Source: an uncultured Chloroflexia bacterium
Lineage (GTDB): Bacteria > Chloroflexota > Anaerolineae > B4-G1 > SLSP01
Direction of reading: 5' to 3'
Length of the DNA stretch: 64,000 nucleotides
Assembly (NCBI GenBank): GCA_963751345.1
Contig: CAVVUS010000027.1
Location: 76,354 to 140,353, forward strand
Part shown: one piece after another, positions 32,213-42,365 of the stretch
How positions within the stretch are numbered: position 1 is the stretch's first letter
Layout: each line of letters begins with the position of its first letter
Notes under the pieces: model-generated
Databases searched by the model: none
Seen by the model: only the letters and a program-made list of their open reading frames with translations
What the model was told of the DNA's origin: nothing
Program-made: the position numbers and the translations under genes

Positions 32213-33502
32213 TCACTTCCTCACGTGCATCTCCCCGTACACCACCCACTTATACGTCGTCAGTTCCTTCAGACCCATCGGGCCCCGCGCGTGGAGTTTC
32301 TGGGTGCTGACCGCGACCTCGGCGCCGAGGCCGAACTCACCGCCGTCATTGAAGCGCGTGCTGGCATTGACGAAGACGGCCGCAGAATCGATCTCGTTCA
32401 CGAAGCGTGTCACGTGGTGCCAGTCGTTGGAGAGGATACCGTCGGAGTGGAAGGTACTATGCTCCTGGATGTGCGCGATGGCTTCATCGAGATCGTCCAC
32501 CACTTTGACGCCAAGGACGAGCGACAGCCACTCCTGGTCAAAATCCTCCGGGCCTGCCTCCCGCACGACAGTGTCGTTGTTACCTGACAGGATATGCCAC
32601 GCCTCACCTGCCGCCCTTAGCTCCACGCCGTCATGTCCCAATCGTGCGGCGACCCAGGGCAAAAACGAGGCAGCAATGTCCTTGTGAACCAACAGCGTGT
32701 CCAGCGCGTTGCAGACGCTCGGTCGCTGCACCTTGGCATTCTGAATGACATTCAGCGCCCCCTCCATATCCGCGGAAGGTTCAACATAGAGGTGGCAAAT
32801 CCCGAGGCCCCCGGTGATCACCGGAATGGTGCTCTGCTCGCGACAGAGCCGGTGAAGGCCTGCTCCACCGCGGGGAATGATCATGTCGACGTAGGCATCC
32901 AGCTTCAGCAGCGCGGTGACCAGTGTCCGGTCCGGGTTCGAAATATACTGAACCGCATCGGAAGGCACGGAGGCCTTGGCCAGCGCATCCTGGATGACCT
33001 TGGCCAAGGAGAGATTGGAGCGCAGCGTCTCGCTGCCCCCTCTCAGGATGACGGCGTTGCCGGTCTTCAGCGAGAGCGCCGCAATATCGACCGTCACGTT
33101 GGGGCGAGCCTCATAGATGACACCCAGGACGCCAATCGGCGTGCGACGCTGCTGGATCTGGAGCCCGTTGGGCAGCACGCGGCCTTCGATCACCTCCCCC
33201 ACAGGGTCGGGCAGCGAAACCACATCCCGGGTCCCTTCAGCTAGCTTCTCCACACGTGCATGGGTCAGCAACAGGCGGTCCAGGAGCGCATCACTGAGTC
33301 CCTTGGCGCGGGCAGCCTCAACGTCAAGTGCGTTCTGGGCCAATACGGTCTCGGATTGCGCCTCGATCTCGTCGGCAATCATCATGAGCGCCGCGTTCTT
33401 CTCGTCCGTGGTCAACGTCGCCAGGTGCCGGGATGCTGTCCTGGCCCGCCGCCCCATATCGACCAGATCCACCTTCATCTCCGCCATCGCTCTTTGGTTC
33501 AC
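32213..33502 (-). CDS. proA: Gamma-glutamyl phosphate reductase
   Basis: [47 protein letters not shown]. Confidence 0.96.
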   Translation of the reverse strand: MNQRAMAEMKVDLVDMGRRARTASRHLATLTTDEKNAALMMIADEIEAQSETVLAQNALDVEAARAKGLSDALLDRLLLTHARVEKLAEGTRDVVSLPDPVGEVIEGRVLPNGLQIQQRRTPIGVLGVIYEARPNVTVDIAALSLKTGNAVILRGGSETLRSNLSLAKVIQDALAKASVPSDAVQYISNPDRTLVTALLKLDAYVDMIIPRGGAGLHRLCREQSTIPVITGGLGICHLYVEPSADMEGALNVIQNAKVQRPSVCNALDTLLVHKDIAASFLPWVAARLGHDGVELRAAGEAWHILSGNNDTVVREAGPEDFDQEWLSLVLGVKVVDDLDEAIAHIQEHSTFHSDGILSNDWHHVTRFVNEIDSAAVFVNASTRFNDGGEFGLGAEVAVSTQKLHARGPMGLKELTTYKWVVYGEMHVRK

Positions 33503-33544
33503 TACTACTCCTCCGTCGTGAGACCTTTGGGGGTTCTAGTCCCC

Positions 33545-34838
33545 CTACAACAGGATCAAGTCGTTGCGGTGTATGGCAACCGCACCATACGTATACCCCA
33601 GCTCGTCGGCGATCTTATCCGAGTGGCTTCCCTTGATGCGCTCAAGATCATCACTTGGATAGCGTGCGACCCCGCGTGCTATCTCACGGCCCATCCCCGC
33701 AGCAACGGGGCGCTCGCCGGTCTGCTGGCGCCGCCAGCAGCTGGCGGCCCGATCCGCGCACTCCCGTCTGCAGTATACCACCGGAAGCCCCCCTATGACC
33801 TTCACCGCCTTCCTCGAACACCGAGACCGTATCCCCTCGATCGAACGACCCATCCACCGCCACGATACCTGCCGGTAGCAAACTGCGCCCCTCGTAGAGC
33901 AGGGCTTGGGCCGCCCCGTGATCGACGACGATGTGTCCGGTATTCACAGCTCCTGCCAGAATCCAGCGTTTCCGGTTCTCGGGTGGCGTGTCGAGCGCCA
34001 GGAAACGTGTGCCCAACGACTCGCCTGCGGCGATGCGCGAAAGCACGTTAGGTTCACCTCCATCAGCGATGACCACCTCGGTCCCGGCGCGACGGGCGAC
34101 GGTCGCGGCCTCAAGCTTCGTTACCATCCCCCCGACACCCAACCCCGTCTTGCTGTCGCCGGCGAGCGCGCGCAGATTCCCATCGATCACGCGAACCTCA
34201 CTGATGAGCTCAGCTTCAGGGTCTCGCCGCGGGTCAGCGGTGAACAAGCCTTGTTGGTCCGTCAACAAGATCAGCAGGTCCGCATCGGCCAGCACGGCAA
34301 CGAGCGCGGAGAGGTTATCGTTGTCACCGATCTTGATCTCCTCGGTCGCGACCGCGTCGTTCTCGTTGATGATGGGGATGATCTTGTGCTCGATGAGCGT
34401 CTGCAGGGCATCCTGTGCGTTAAGAAAGCGGCCGCGGCTGGCCACGTCGCCCTGCGTCAGCAGAAGCTGTCCGACGTTGAGACCATAGATCTCGAAGAAA
34501 CGTTCCCACATCAACATCAGCCGGCTCTGTCCCACCGCAGCCAGCATCTGCTTTGTGGCCACCGACGCCGTCTGAGCGCGCTGAGGCGCATCCGCCGTCT
34601 GAGGCGCAGATGCCGTCCCAGGCGCGGACGCCGTCCCAGGCGCGCCCGCAACCCCCAACCGCTCGCGACCGGCAGCTATCGCTCCCGAGCTGCACAGGAC
34701 CACCTCGTGCCCTTCCTGCTGCAGGCTCGCACATTGTCGGGCCAGATCCACCATGCGCGGCGGGCTGAGCCGATGGGTACCATCGGTCAGCACGCTCGTG
34801 CCCACTTTCACAACGATCCGTTTGTACTGTAATGCCAC
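33545..34838 (-). CDS. proB: Glutamate 5-kinase with PUA domain; carries two insertions and a frameshift in PUA
   Basis: [37 protein letters not shown]; the C-terminus [10 protein letters not shown]...IHRNDLILL is in ORF 33545-33853. Confidence 0.93.
34563..34643 (+). repeat. Family A, 4 units (27+18+18+18 nt) in proB
   Basis: Encodes [27 protein letters not shown]. Confidence 0.95.
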
Positions 34839-34843
34839 TTAGG

Positions 34844-35743
34844 CTATCGCTTCCACGGTGGCGTCTCGGGCAGCATCGCCTCAAACTCCTCAATCAACTC
34901 CGCCTCATACGATCCGGCGTATTCCTCGGCCAGGAACTTGTGGACAGCTTCCTCATAGAAGCGCTGCCATGAGGCCTCTTCGTCACCGGGGTTGACTGGG
35001 TAGAAGAGCGCATTGTTCGCCTTCGCGGCCTTCATGTCGCCCGGCGCATCGCCGACCATCAGCACGTGCGTCGGATCGTACTTGCCCGTGGCCGCCAACT
35101 CGAGGTGGAGCTGCTTCTTGCCCATCTCCTGCCCTGCGATCACCTCCACGTACTGGGCGATGTCATGCTCCAACCACTCCCGCCGCAGCGCCTCGACCGG
35201 GGTAGCGGAGACGACGATCATATCCGCCTGACCTGAGAGCAGTTGCAGGCTCTCGCGGACATAGGGAAACGGCGGCACGCCGTGGACCATATCGGCGACC
35301 GTGGCGTTGACCGCGCAAGTCCATTCCCACGCCCTGTCCAACTCGGGATCGGGGTACCTGCCCATGTAGCCCGCCAGGCCGTCGTTGCTCTTGGGCCACG
35401 CATCATCGGCGATGAAAGCACGGATTCGCTCCGCCCTCGGCGGCTCGACGTGGCGGGCCTGGACCTCAGGGCGTTCGCGCAGCAGGTCGAAGACCATCAC
35501 CAGCGCGGGCCACCGGTTGATCCCGCGCCACTTGGAATAGAGGTTGACGAACTCCGAGGCCTCGCGCGCATACTTGGAGACAGCCTGGAGATCCCAGTAC
35601 TTGATGATGTTGGGCGTGAAGCACTCCTTGTGCTTGATCTCCATCGTATCAAAGGCGCAGCCATCGGAATCGATCCCAACAAAGAACGCCTGGCTTGGCT
35701 GCATCTCCGCCAGCGGCCGAGCAGGCTCAGGATAGGTCACCAT
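34844..35743 (-). CDS. HAD family hydrolase
   Basis: GIDSDGC motif I, IVVSAT, MVGDAPGD motif IV. Confidence 0.88.
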   Translation of the reverse strand: MVTYPEPARPLAEMQPSQAFFVGIDSDGCAFDTMEIKHKECFTPNIIKYWDLQAVSKYAREASEFVNLYSKWRGINRWPALVMVFDLLRERPEVQARHVEPPRAERIRAFIADDAWPKSNDGLAGYMGRYPDPELDRAWEWTCAVNATVADMVHGVPPFPYVRESLQLLSGQADMIVVSATPVEALRREWLEHDIAQYVEVIAGQEMGKKQLHLELAATGKYDPTHVLMVGDAPGDMKAAKANNALFYPVNPGDEEASWQRFYEEAVHKFLAEEYAGSYEAELIEEFEAMLPETPPWKR

Positions 35744-35770
35744 AAGTTGGTCTCCTTGAGAATAACGCTT

Positions 35771-36604
35771 CTACACGCCACTAAACGCGCTAAAGCCACC
35801 GTCTACGGGGACGACAATGCCGGTCACAAAGCTTGCGCCATCGGAGAGCAGCCACAGCGTGGTGCTGATCAGGTCCTCGGGATCACCGAAGCGTCCCATT
35901 GGCGTATGACCGATGATGGTTTGCCCCCGCGAGGTCAAGCCGCCTGTCGCCTCATCCGTCAAGAGAAAGCGATTCTGCTCCGTTAGGAAGAACCCGGGCG
36001 CCAGAGCATTCACGCGAATACCCGGAGCATACTCCTGATTCATATGCACCGCAAGCCACTGTGTGAAGTTACTTACCGCCGCTTTCGCCGCAGAATAGGC
36101 GGGTATCCGCGTCAGGGGCTGGAACGCGTTCATCGAGGAGATATTCAGGATGACGCCTTCCCCCTGGCCTGCCATCATCTTGCCAAAGACTTGGCACGGC
36201 AGCAGCGTTCCAATGAAATTAAGGTTGAAGACCCACGTCACGGCATCGGCAGGCAGATCGAAGAAGGTGAGGTCCGGTGTCGTGGTGGCCTCTCTCTTGT
36301 TGCCGCCGGCGCCATTGATCAGGATGTCCACCCGGCCAAACGCCTCGATAACTGCTTCGGCGGCCGATTGGACGCTGGTCTTGTCCAGAACATTGCACGT
36401 CACAGCGACGGCCTCACCGCCTGCCTCACGGACATCGGAGGCGACACGCTCGGCAGCCGCTGTGGCGATGTCCAGTACCGCTACCTTGACCCCCATCCGT
36501 CCCAATGCCCGGCTCATCGTCCCCGCCAGTACCCCGCCGCCGCCTGTCAAGACGGCGACCCGACCTTCGAGACCGAATAACTCAGCCAAATACGCCTGAT
36601 CCAT
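35771..36604 (-). CDS. SDR oxidoreductase, D-mannonate oxidoreductase/fructuronate reductase-like
   Basis: TGGGGVLA, INGAGGN, PLTRIPAYSAAKAA, APGFFLTEQNR; adjacent to uxaE and uxaC. Confidence 0.85.
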   Translation of the reverse strand: MDQAYLAELFGLEGRVAVLTGGGGVLAGTMSRALGRMGVKVAVLDIATAAAERVASDVREAGGEAVAVTCNVLDKTSVQSAAEAVIEAFGRVDILINGAGGNKREATTTPDLTFFDLPADAVTWVFNLNFIGTLLPCQVFGKMMAGQGEGVILNISSMNAFQPLTRIPAYSAAKAAVSNFTQWLAVHMNQEYAPGIRVNALAPGFFLTEQNRFLLTDEATGGLTSRGQTIIGHTPMGRFGDPEDLISTTLWLLSDGASFVTGIVVPVDGGFSAFSGV

Positions 36605-36629
36605 GTCGCCTCCTCTTGCTGATAGCAGA

Positions 36630-36674
36630 TGACGAGTGGCGATTGATCTGAATCCGATCAATCGTCACTCGTCA
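36630..36674. terminator. 19-bp intergenic stem-loop of the heptamer family
   Basis: tgacgagtggcgattgatc / gatcaatcgtcactcgtca, one mismatch; no U-tract, so function is uncertain. Confidence 0.5.
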
Positions 36675-36678
36675 CTGG

Positions 36679-38148
36679 TTACTTCGCTACGTCCGCGAAC
36701 GGTTCCAGGTGCCGGATGAAGTGCGCCTCCAATGCCGCGTAGTGTGCTTCCTCGTTTGCGTCCAGGGCTGCCTTGATCCGGTCGCCGTAAGCCTCGAGCG
36801 CCGAACCAAAGGTGACGTGAAGCACCTCCCGACCGTCGAAGGTATCCAAGACAGCGGAGAGGCGCCCGTCCTCCAGCGTATCCGGTGGCGGCACCTTTGC
36901 TGCGTCCGCCGATACGTGATAGGTCGCGCGGTCCTCGTCGTAGTGCGCGATGGCCAGCGCCAGGATCTCGCGGAAGAGCGCCGGATCGACTTCGGCGATA
37001 GCCCGAAGCGCTTCCAGGTAACTCGTGCCGGCGGTCTTGAGGTGTGCGGCGCCGCAGGTATGCTCGGCCATCAGCGGATAGATACTGAACTTGTCAGATC
37101 CCGAATGGATGCTGAGCTTGTAGGGACCCAATGCCCGCGCGATGGCTGCGTGTTTGGCGAACTCGGTCTCGAATAGGTCCAGATCGCCGATATAGTCCAC
37201 GCCCTTCTCGAATCGCCCAACATAGCGCGGCGCCAGGCTCACCCATTCCACACCGAGGCGCGACAGCTCGCTGGCGATGAAAATGTGCTCCAGCGCCGAC
37301 GTCGGGGTCGCGGTCTCATCGACGGAGACCTCGAGTTCGAACGGACGCCCCCCTTCGGCCTCCACCAGGTGCCGGTACATCCTGGAGGTGTGCGCCAGGG
37401 CAGCGCCGTACTTGCAGGCTGCCCGTAGGAGAGAGACCTCGTCGAAGGTCCCCATCCCCGCAACATACTCAGTGCCCCCCCTCTGGGTACCAGAGGCAAT
37501 GTATCGGGCGCGCATCGCGTCCGGGTAATCGTGCAACTGGGCCCAGGGGAGCACCTCGAACTTGCCGTACAGCGTCTCAACGGGATCGGTGTGGGCGTCA
37601 TTATCGACGTGGTCGCCGGGATCGATGGTGAAAAACGTATATCCCGCCGCCACACACAGATCGACATCATCGGTCGTCTTCAGATGGTCAGCGTCGGCGC
37701 CCCAGGGCGCCCGCCATCCCTCCTCGAGGACCCCCCACATCGCGTCGTCCATGACCTGCTGTGGCGTGCGCAGGGTCCGGGCGTTCTCGCGCATCGACTG
37801 CTGCGCAAGAATCGGCGCCACACCGCCGACCGCTCGCAGCGCACGGATATGTCCGGGCGTGGCAAGGCCCAACCTGTCCCCACATCCCCCGGACGTGTGG
37901 AGCCCAAGGAGGGTGGGACGCAGCCAGGGCAGGCGCTCGCGGATATGTTCCGCGTTCTCAGGTGAACGCGCGCAGACCAGCACCTCGCCTCGCTCCGTCC
38001 CCTGAAACCCTGCGACATCTCCTGTGACACAAAGTACCTTCTCCCCGCCGTCATCGCGGGCGAGGAAGTACGTCGTCCCACGCTGCTCCACAATCGATCT
38101 CGGATAGATCGTCTCGAACCCGGTCGACTCTCGGAGTTGCTCGACCAT
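36679..38148 (-). CDS. uxaE: Tagaturonate/fructuronate epimerase
   Basis: GDRLGLATPGH, AQQSMRE, GADADHLK, ELEVSVDE, FEKGVDY, SIHSGSDKF, HLKTAGTSYLEAL. Confidence 0.92.
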   Translation of the reverse strand: MVEQLRESTGFETIYPRSIVEQRGTTYFLARDDGGEKVLCVTGDVAGFQGTERGEVLVCARSPENAEHIRERLPWLRPTLLGLHTSGGCGDRLGLATPGHIRALRAVGGVAPILAQQSMRENARTLRTPQQVMDDAMWGVLEEGWRAPWGADADHLKTTDDVDLCVAAGYTFFTIDPGDHVDNDAHTDPVETLYGKFEVLPWAQLHDYPDAMRARYIASGTQRGGTEYVAGMGTFDEVSLLRAACKYGAALAHTSRMYRHLVEAEGGRPFELEVSVDETATPTSALEHIFIASELSRLGVEWVSLAPRYVGRFEKGVDYIGDLDLFETEFAKHAAIARALGPYKLSIHSGSDKFSIYPLMAEHTCGAAHLKTAGTSYLEALRAIAEVDPALFREILALAIAHYDEDRATYHVSADAAKVPPPDTLEDGRLSAVLDTFDGREVLHVTFGSALEAYGDRIKAALDANEEAHYAALEAHFIRHLEPFADVAK

Positions 38149-38229
38149 ACATGGCTCCTTTCGAGACGGACGTTGACGCGTCTGAAACGCCAGCCGTTTG
38201 AACGTTCAAATCTGAAAACGTGCTAACGT

Positions 38230-39667
38230 TCAGACGCCGTCGAACCCGTAGGCCTTTTTCGCCAGCCCGTAGGCGAGCGCGTGGATCATCTCGACCCCAT
38301 CCTGCATATCGATCAGCCCACGGACTATGAGGCCTGCCACCCAGTTGGCCGAAGCGCGGCGCCATACGTCGTGCCGGGCCGGGATCGAGGGGAACGCACG
38401 CGTGTCATCGTTGAAGCCGGCGGTGTTGTAGATACCGGCGGTCTCCATGATCCGGTCGAAGTAGCGCCGCATCCCATTCACACTGTCGTGGAACCACCAT
38501 GGCGGGCCAATCTTGACCGTCGGGTAATGTCCCGCCAATGGCGCCAACTCGCGGGCATACGTGTCCTCGTCGAGGTTGAAGAGAATCAACGTCAGTCGGG
38601 GGTCGTTGCCGTACTTGGTGAGCAGCGGGTGGAGGTTACGCGTGAACTCCGAGGCGATGGGGATGTCGGCACCCTTGTCGGCGCCAAACGCCTCGAAGAT
38701 CCCGGCATTGTGGTTCCGGTATGAGCCGACGTGCACCTGCATCACCAGACCATCCTCGATGCTCATCCTGGCCATCTCCATCAGCATGTGGCCGGTGAAG
38801 ACCCGCGCGTCCTCCGCAGTAGCCTCGGCCTTGAGCGCGCGGGCAAAGATCGCCTCGGCATCTGCCGGGGGTAGCTCCCCGGTGTAAGCCGTCAACACCG
38901 CGTGGTCCGTGGCATGCGCCCCCATCTCCTTGAAGAAGGCCCTGCGCTCCTCCAGCGCCCGCACCAGCAGCTGGTAACTGCTGATCTCGTAGCCAACGGA
39001 GTCGGACAAGGCCTGAAGGTGCTCTCGCCAGCCGGCCGTGCCCAGGTTGACCACGGCATCAGGCCGGAAGGTGGGCACCACCCGTCCCGTCCAACCGGAG
39101 TCCTTGATCGCCTGATGGTAGCATTAGCGTATCGCTGGCGGCATCCGTCGTGCAGAGCACCTCGATGTTGAAGGCCTCGAAGAGCCGCCGGGGCTTGAAC
39201 TCGGGCTGTGCCAGCTTGTCCGCGAGTTGGTCGTAGATCCTCTGGGCCGATTCGCCCCGCAACTTCTCATCGACGTCAAAGAGCTCGATGAGTTCCTGCT
39301 GAAGCCATGCACCGCTCGGCGTGCCCCGGAAGAGATAGAAGTTGTCGGCGAGGATCTGCCAGATTCGACGGGCACGATCCTCGCTCATCCCGGTGGCATC
39401 GCCTCCCAGCCGCGGCACCCCCTGGTCATCAAGCGATATGCCCTGCGAATAGAGCATGCGGAAGACGTAGTGATCCGGGATGATGAACATCTCCGCCGGT
39501 GACCCGAACGTGGCGTCGGGGTCGGCGAAAAGCCGGGGATTCACGTGCCCATGAGGGCATACAAGGGGCAGATCCGACACCTGCTCATACAGCTCGCGGG
39601 CGACACGCCGTTGCGTCGGGTCAGGATCGAAATACCGGTTGGGGTCCAGTGTCCACTCTCTTGCCAT
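38230..39667 (-). CDS. uxaC: Glucuronate (uronate) isomerase, frameshift near 39125
   Basis: CPHGH, IPDHYVFRMLYSQG, LCTTD, PTFRPD, GPPWWFHDS, GFNDDTRAF. Confidence 0.93.
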
Positions 39668-39694
39668 ACTCACCTCCTCATCTCAATTCGCTCT

Positions 39695-39727
39695 AACCTT
39701 CGCAAGGTCCTGGACCTTGCGAAGGTT
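39695..39727. repeat. Perfect 16-bp inverted repeat (REP-like doublet)
   Basis: aaccttcgcaaggtcc t ggaccttgcgaaggtt. Confidence 0.85.
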
Positions 39728-39759
39728 GGCATTCATCAACCCCGCGAGTTGGAAATCAG

Positions 39760-40836
39760 TCACGGCGCGCTCGCCCGGACCACGAGCCGTGGCTCCAGGA
39801 GAACCTCCCGGGTCAGCGTCGGCTCTCCCCGGATCTGGCTCAGAAGCGACTCGACGGCCCTGACCCCAAGCTCGTGACGGGGGATGCGGCACGTCGTCAA
39901 CGGCGGCGTAACCAGAGCCGCCAAAGGGATGTCATCGAAGCCGACGACGGCGATATCCTGGGGGACCAACTTCCCGATCTCCCGGCAAGCGCCCAGCGCC
40001 CCCACGGCCACCAGGTCGTTGTAGCAGATCAGGGCGGTCAGCTCGGGGTGTCGAGCCAGAAGTCGCAGGGCCGCTGTCCGGCCCCCCTCGGCGACCGGGG
40101 CCCCGATCTCTATCCAGTCGGCGTCGCGTGGCAACCCTGTCTCGGTGAAAACGGCTGCGTAGCCCGCCAGCCGGCGTTGGCCACTGTGCGATCCCCGCGG
40201 CCCCGCCAGAAAGCCAATCGCGCGGTGCCCACGGTCGAGAAGGTGCCGCGTCGACAGCCGCCCCCCCTTCACGTCATCCACCAATACGGCCGCGCCGCCT
40301 CGGCCGGTCTCATTCACACTCCGGTTGACCAGCGCCACCGCCGGGTAGGATTCCATCACCATCTGCAGGTCACCGAGGTCCAACCGTGAGCTACAGAGCA
40401 CGATGCCGTCGACGCGCTTCTCCTCCAGCGAACCCAGGACATCCAGCTCCCGCTGAGGATCTTCGTCGGTGTTGCACAAGAATACGTTATAGCCTTCGGC
40501 ATAGGCGACTTGCTCCACCCCCCGGGCCACCTCGGCAAAGAAGGGATTGGCCACGTCAGGCACCACCAGACCCAGGGTCCCGGTGCGACGCGTCGCAAGG
40601 CTGCGGGCGATGCTGCTGGGTCGATAGCCGAGTCGCTCGACGGCCTCTAGGACGGCCTGTCGCGTCGCGGGGCTGACGTCGCCCTTCTCGTTGATGACGC
40701 GCGAGACCGTCATCATCGAGACACCGACCTCTCGGGCAACGTCGGCCATCGTCACGCGGCCGATGGGCTTAGCAGGCTCAGACACAGGCAGCGACCTCCT
40801 CGCAAAGGGTTCCCGGATGAGACGGAACAAGGTCAT
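39760..40836 (-). CDS. LacI family transcriptional regulator (start uncertain)
   Basis: TMADVAREVGVSMMTVSRVIN HTH, LGYRPS, CYNDLVA, VGFDD. Confidence 0.95.
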   Translation of the reverse strand: MTLFRLIREPFARRSLPVSEPAKPIGRVTMADVAREVGVSMMTVSRVINEKGDVSPATRQAVLEAVERLGYRPSSIARSLATRRTGTLGLVVPDVANPFFAEVARGVEQVAYAEGYNVFLCNTDEDPQRELDVLGSLEEKRVDGIVLCSSRLDLGDLQMVMESYPAVALVNRSVNETGRGGAAVLVDDVKGGRLSTRHLLDRGHRAIGFLAGPRGSHSGQRRLAGYAAVFTETGLPRDADWIEIGAPVAEGGRTAALRLLARHPELTALICYNDLVAVGALGACREIGKLVPQDIAVVGFDDIPLAALVTPPLTTCRIPRHELGVRAVESLLSQIRGEPTLTREVLLEPRLVVRASAP

Positions 40837-40845
40837 CGTCTCACC

Positions 40846-40889
40846 GTTAGCGCTAACATGATATTAGCTCAGGTGTGCCTGGGTGTCAA
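40846..40889 (-). promoter_or_regulatory. Sigma70 promoter with LacI-type operator
   Basis: Minus strand TTGACA (40889-40884), 17 nt, TAATAT (40866-40861), then palindrome GTTAGCGCTAAC (40846-40857). Confidence 0.85.
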
Positions 40890-41160
40890 GCCATAGAGAA
40901 CCCAGACATACCATCGGATAACAGGCACATCACAAACATCGGCGCCCCGGTCCGGAAAGGATCTCCAGATCGGGGCGCTACCACCAACACGATTCAGGAT
41001 GCGTCACTCCGGGACAAGGTCTTGCTTGCGGCAGCCGTTGCCCCCCGAGACGCCCTTACGAGCTATTCACGCAGCCTCATAGTTACCGCAGTCGACCGGT
41101 ATGCCGAGAGGACGGACCTTCAGGCCGTTGGTAGCGGCGGCTGTGAGAGGATTGCCGACC

Positions 41161-42289
41161 TCAGCCGTTGGTTGTAGATCTGTCAATAGAGTCATCCGCA
41201 CCTGCCGGTGGGGCCGGCAGGTGCGGGTCAACTACGCCGTAGTCGTGCGCAGCTTCCAGAAATGCCGCGACGTTCTCCCAAGGGATGTCGGGCTCGCCGA
41301 GGTCATAGGCCGGAGAGAGGATGAGCCCCGCGCGCCCCAACGTGTCGACCCGCAGCTTCACTTCACGCCGGATCGCATCGGGGCTGCCGTAGCTGAATGT
41401 CCGCTGGTTACCTACTGTGCCCCAGAACGCCAGCCGCGGGCCATACCGATCCCGGATCTTCTCTGCATCCATGTGATCTGCCTGCAAGGGGTTGATGCCG
41501 TTCACGCCGATGTCGATCAGATCGGGGATGATCGGGGCATAGGCGCCGTCGCTGTGGAAGATGATCGCGCAGATCCGGCTTGATCGCCCGGGCCCCTTCG
41601 ATGATCGCCGCCATCCGCGCCTTGAAAAAGCGCCGCCACGTCTCGGGGCCAATCATCATCGTCACCGGCGCCCCGACATCATCATCGAGCGAGAGCAGGT
41701 CGACCCCGGCGCGGGCGAGGGTCTCCGCGTTTCGACACGCGAAGTCGGCCAGCCGGTCCAGCAGGAAGTCCGCCCAGTCGGCCCGCTCCAAAAGGTCCAG
41801 CAGGAAGTTCTCGAGGCCTCTCAGACGCCAGGCAGCCTCAAACAACTCGCCGCCGAGATGCGGCAGGTTTCCCCCCGCCGCGAGACCTCGGTCGTGCAGC
41901 GTCTTGACCTGGTCGCGCAGCCCATCGACGTGATAGGGTGCGCTGACATCAGGAAAGGGGAAGGCCTGAAGATCGGCTAGCGTCTGCGCTGTGGCGAGCG
42001 GGTTGCGCACGGTGGGAGTCTCAGGCCGATACGACCAGTGTGCGTAGGTCGCCATCTGTTCGAACGTGCCCAAGCGTGTGTCATACGGAAAGGGACGCGC
42101 CGCCGCGCGGAACGCCTCCTCCTCGGGTGAGGGGGGGAAGTGCACAAACTGCACATCGATCAGCGCCTCCCAATCGTATCCCGGAGGCGCAAACCCGTCG
42201 AGGTTGACGTGGAAGAAGTTAAGGGCACAGGGCACCCGATCCGGTGTCCCGCCGTCCAGCGCCGTCAAGATACGGTCACAACCATCCAT
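41161..42289 (-). CDS. URO-D/MtaA-like family protein, frameshift near 41570
   Basis: PDRVP, LRGLENFLLD, DDVG, FHSDG, INPLQ, FWGTVGNQ. Confidence 0.85.
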
Positions 42290-42365
42290 ATCGGCTGCCT
42301 CCCTTATGACGATGAAGTGACACGAACGACGGATCGAACGCCCTCAACAGGACACTACTATCGGC

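Noticed and set aside
40941-40979. SRP RNA-like GGTCCGGAAAGGA
   Set aside because: Lacks the conserved flanking CAGG and AGCAG internal-loop residues; kept only as a hairpin
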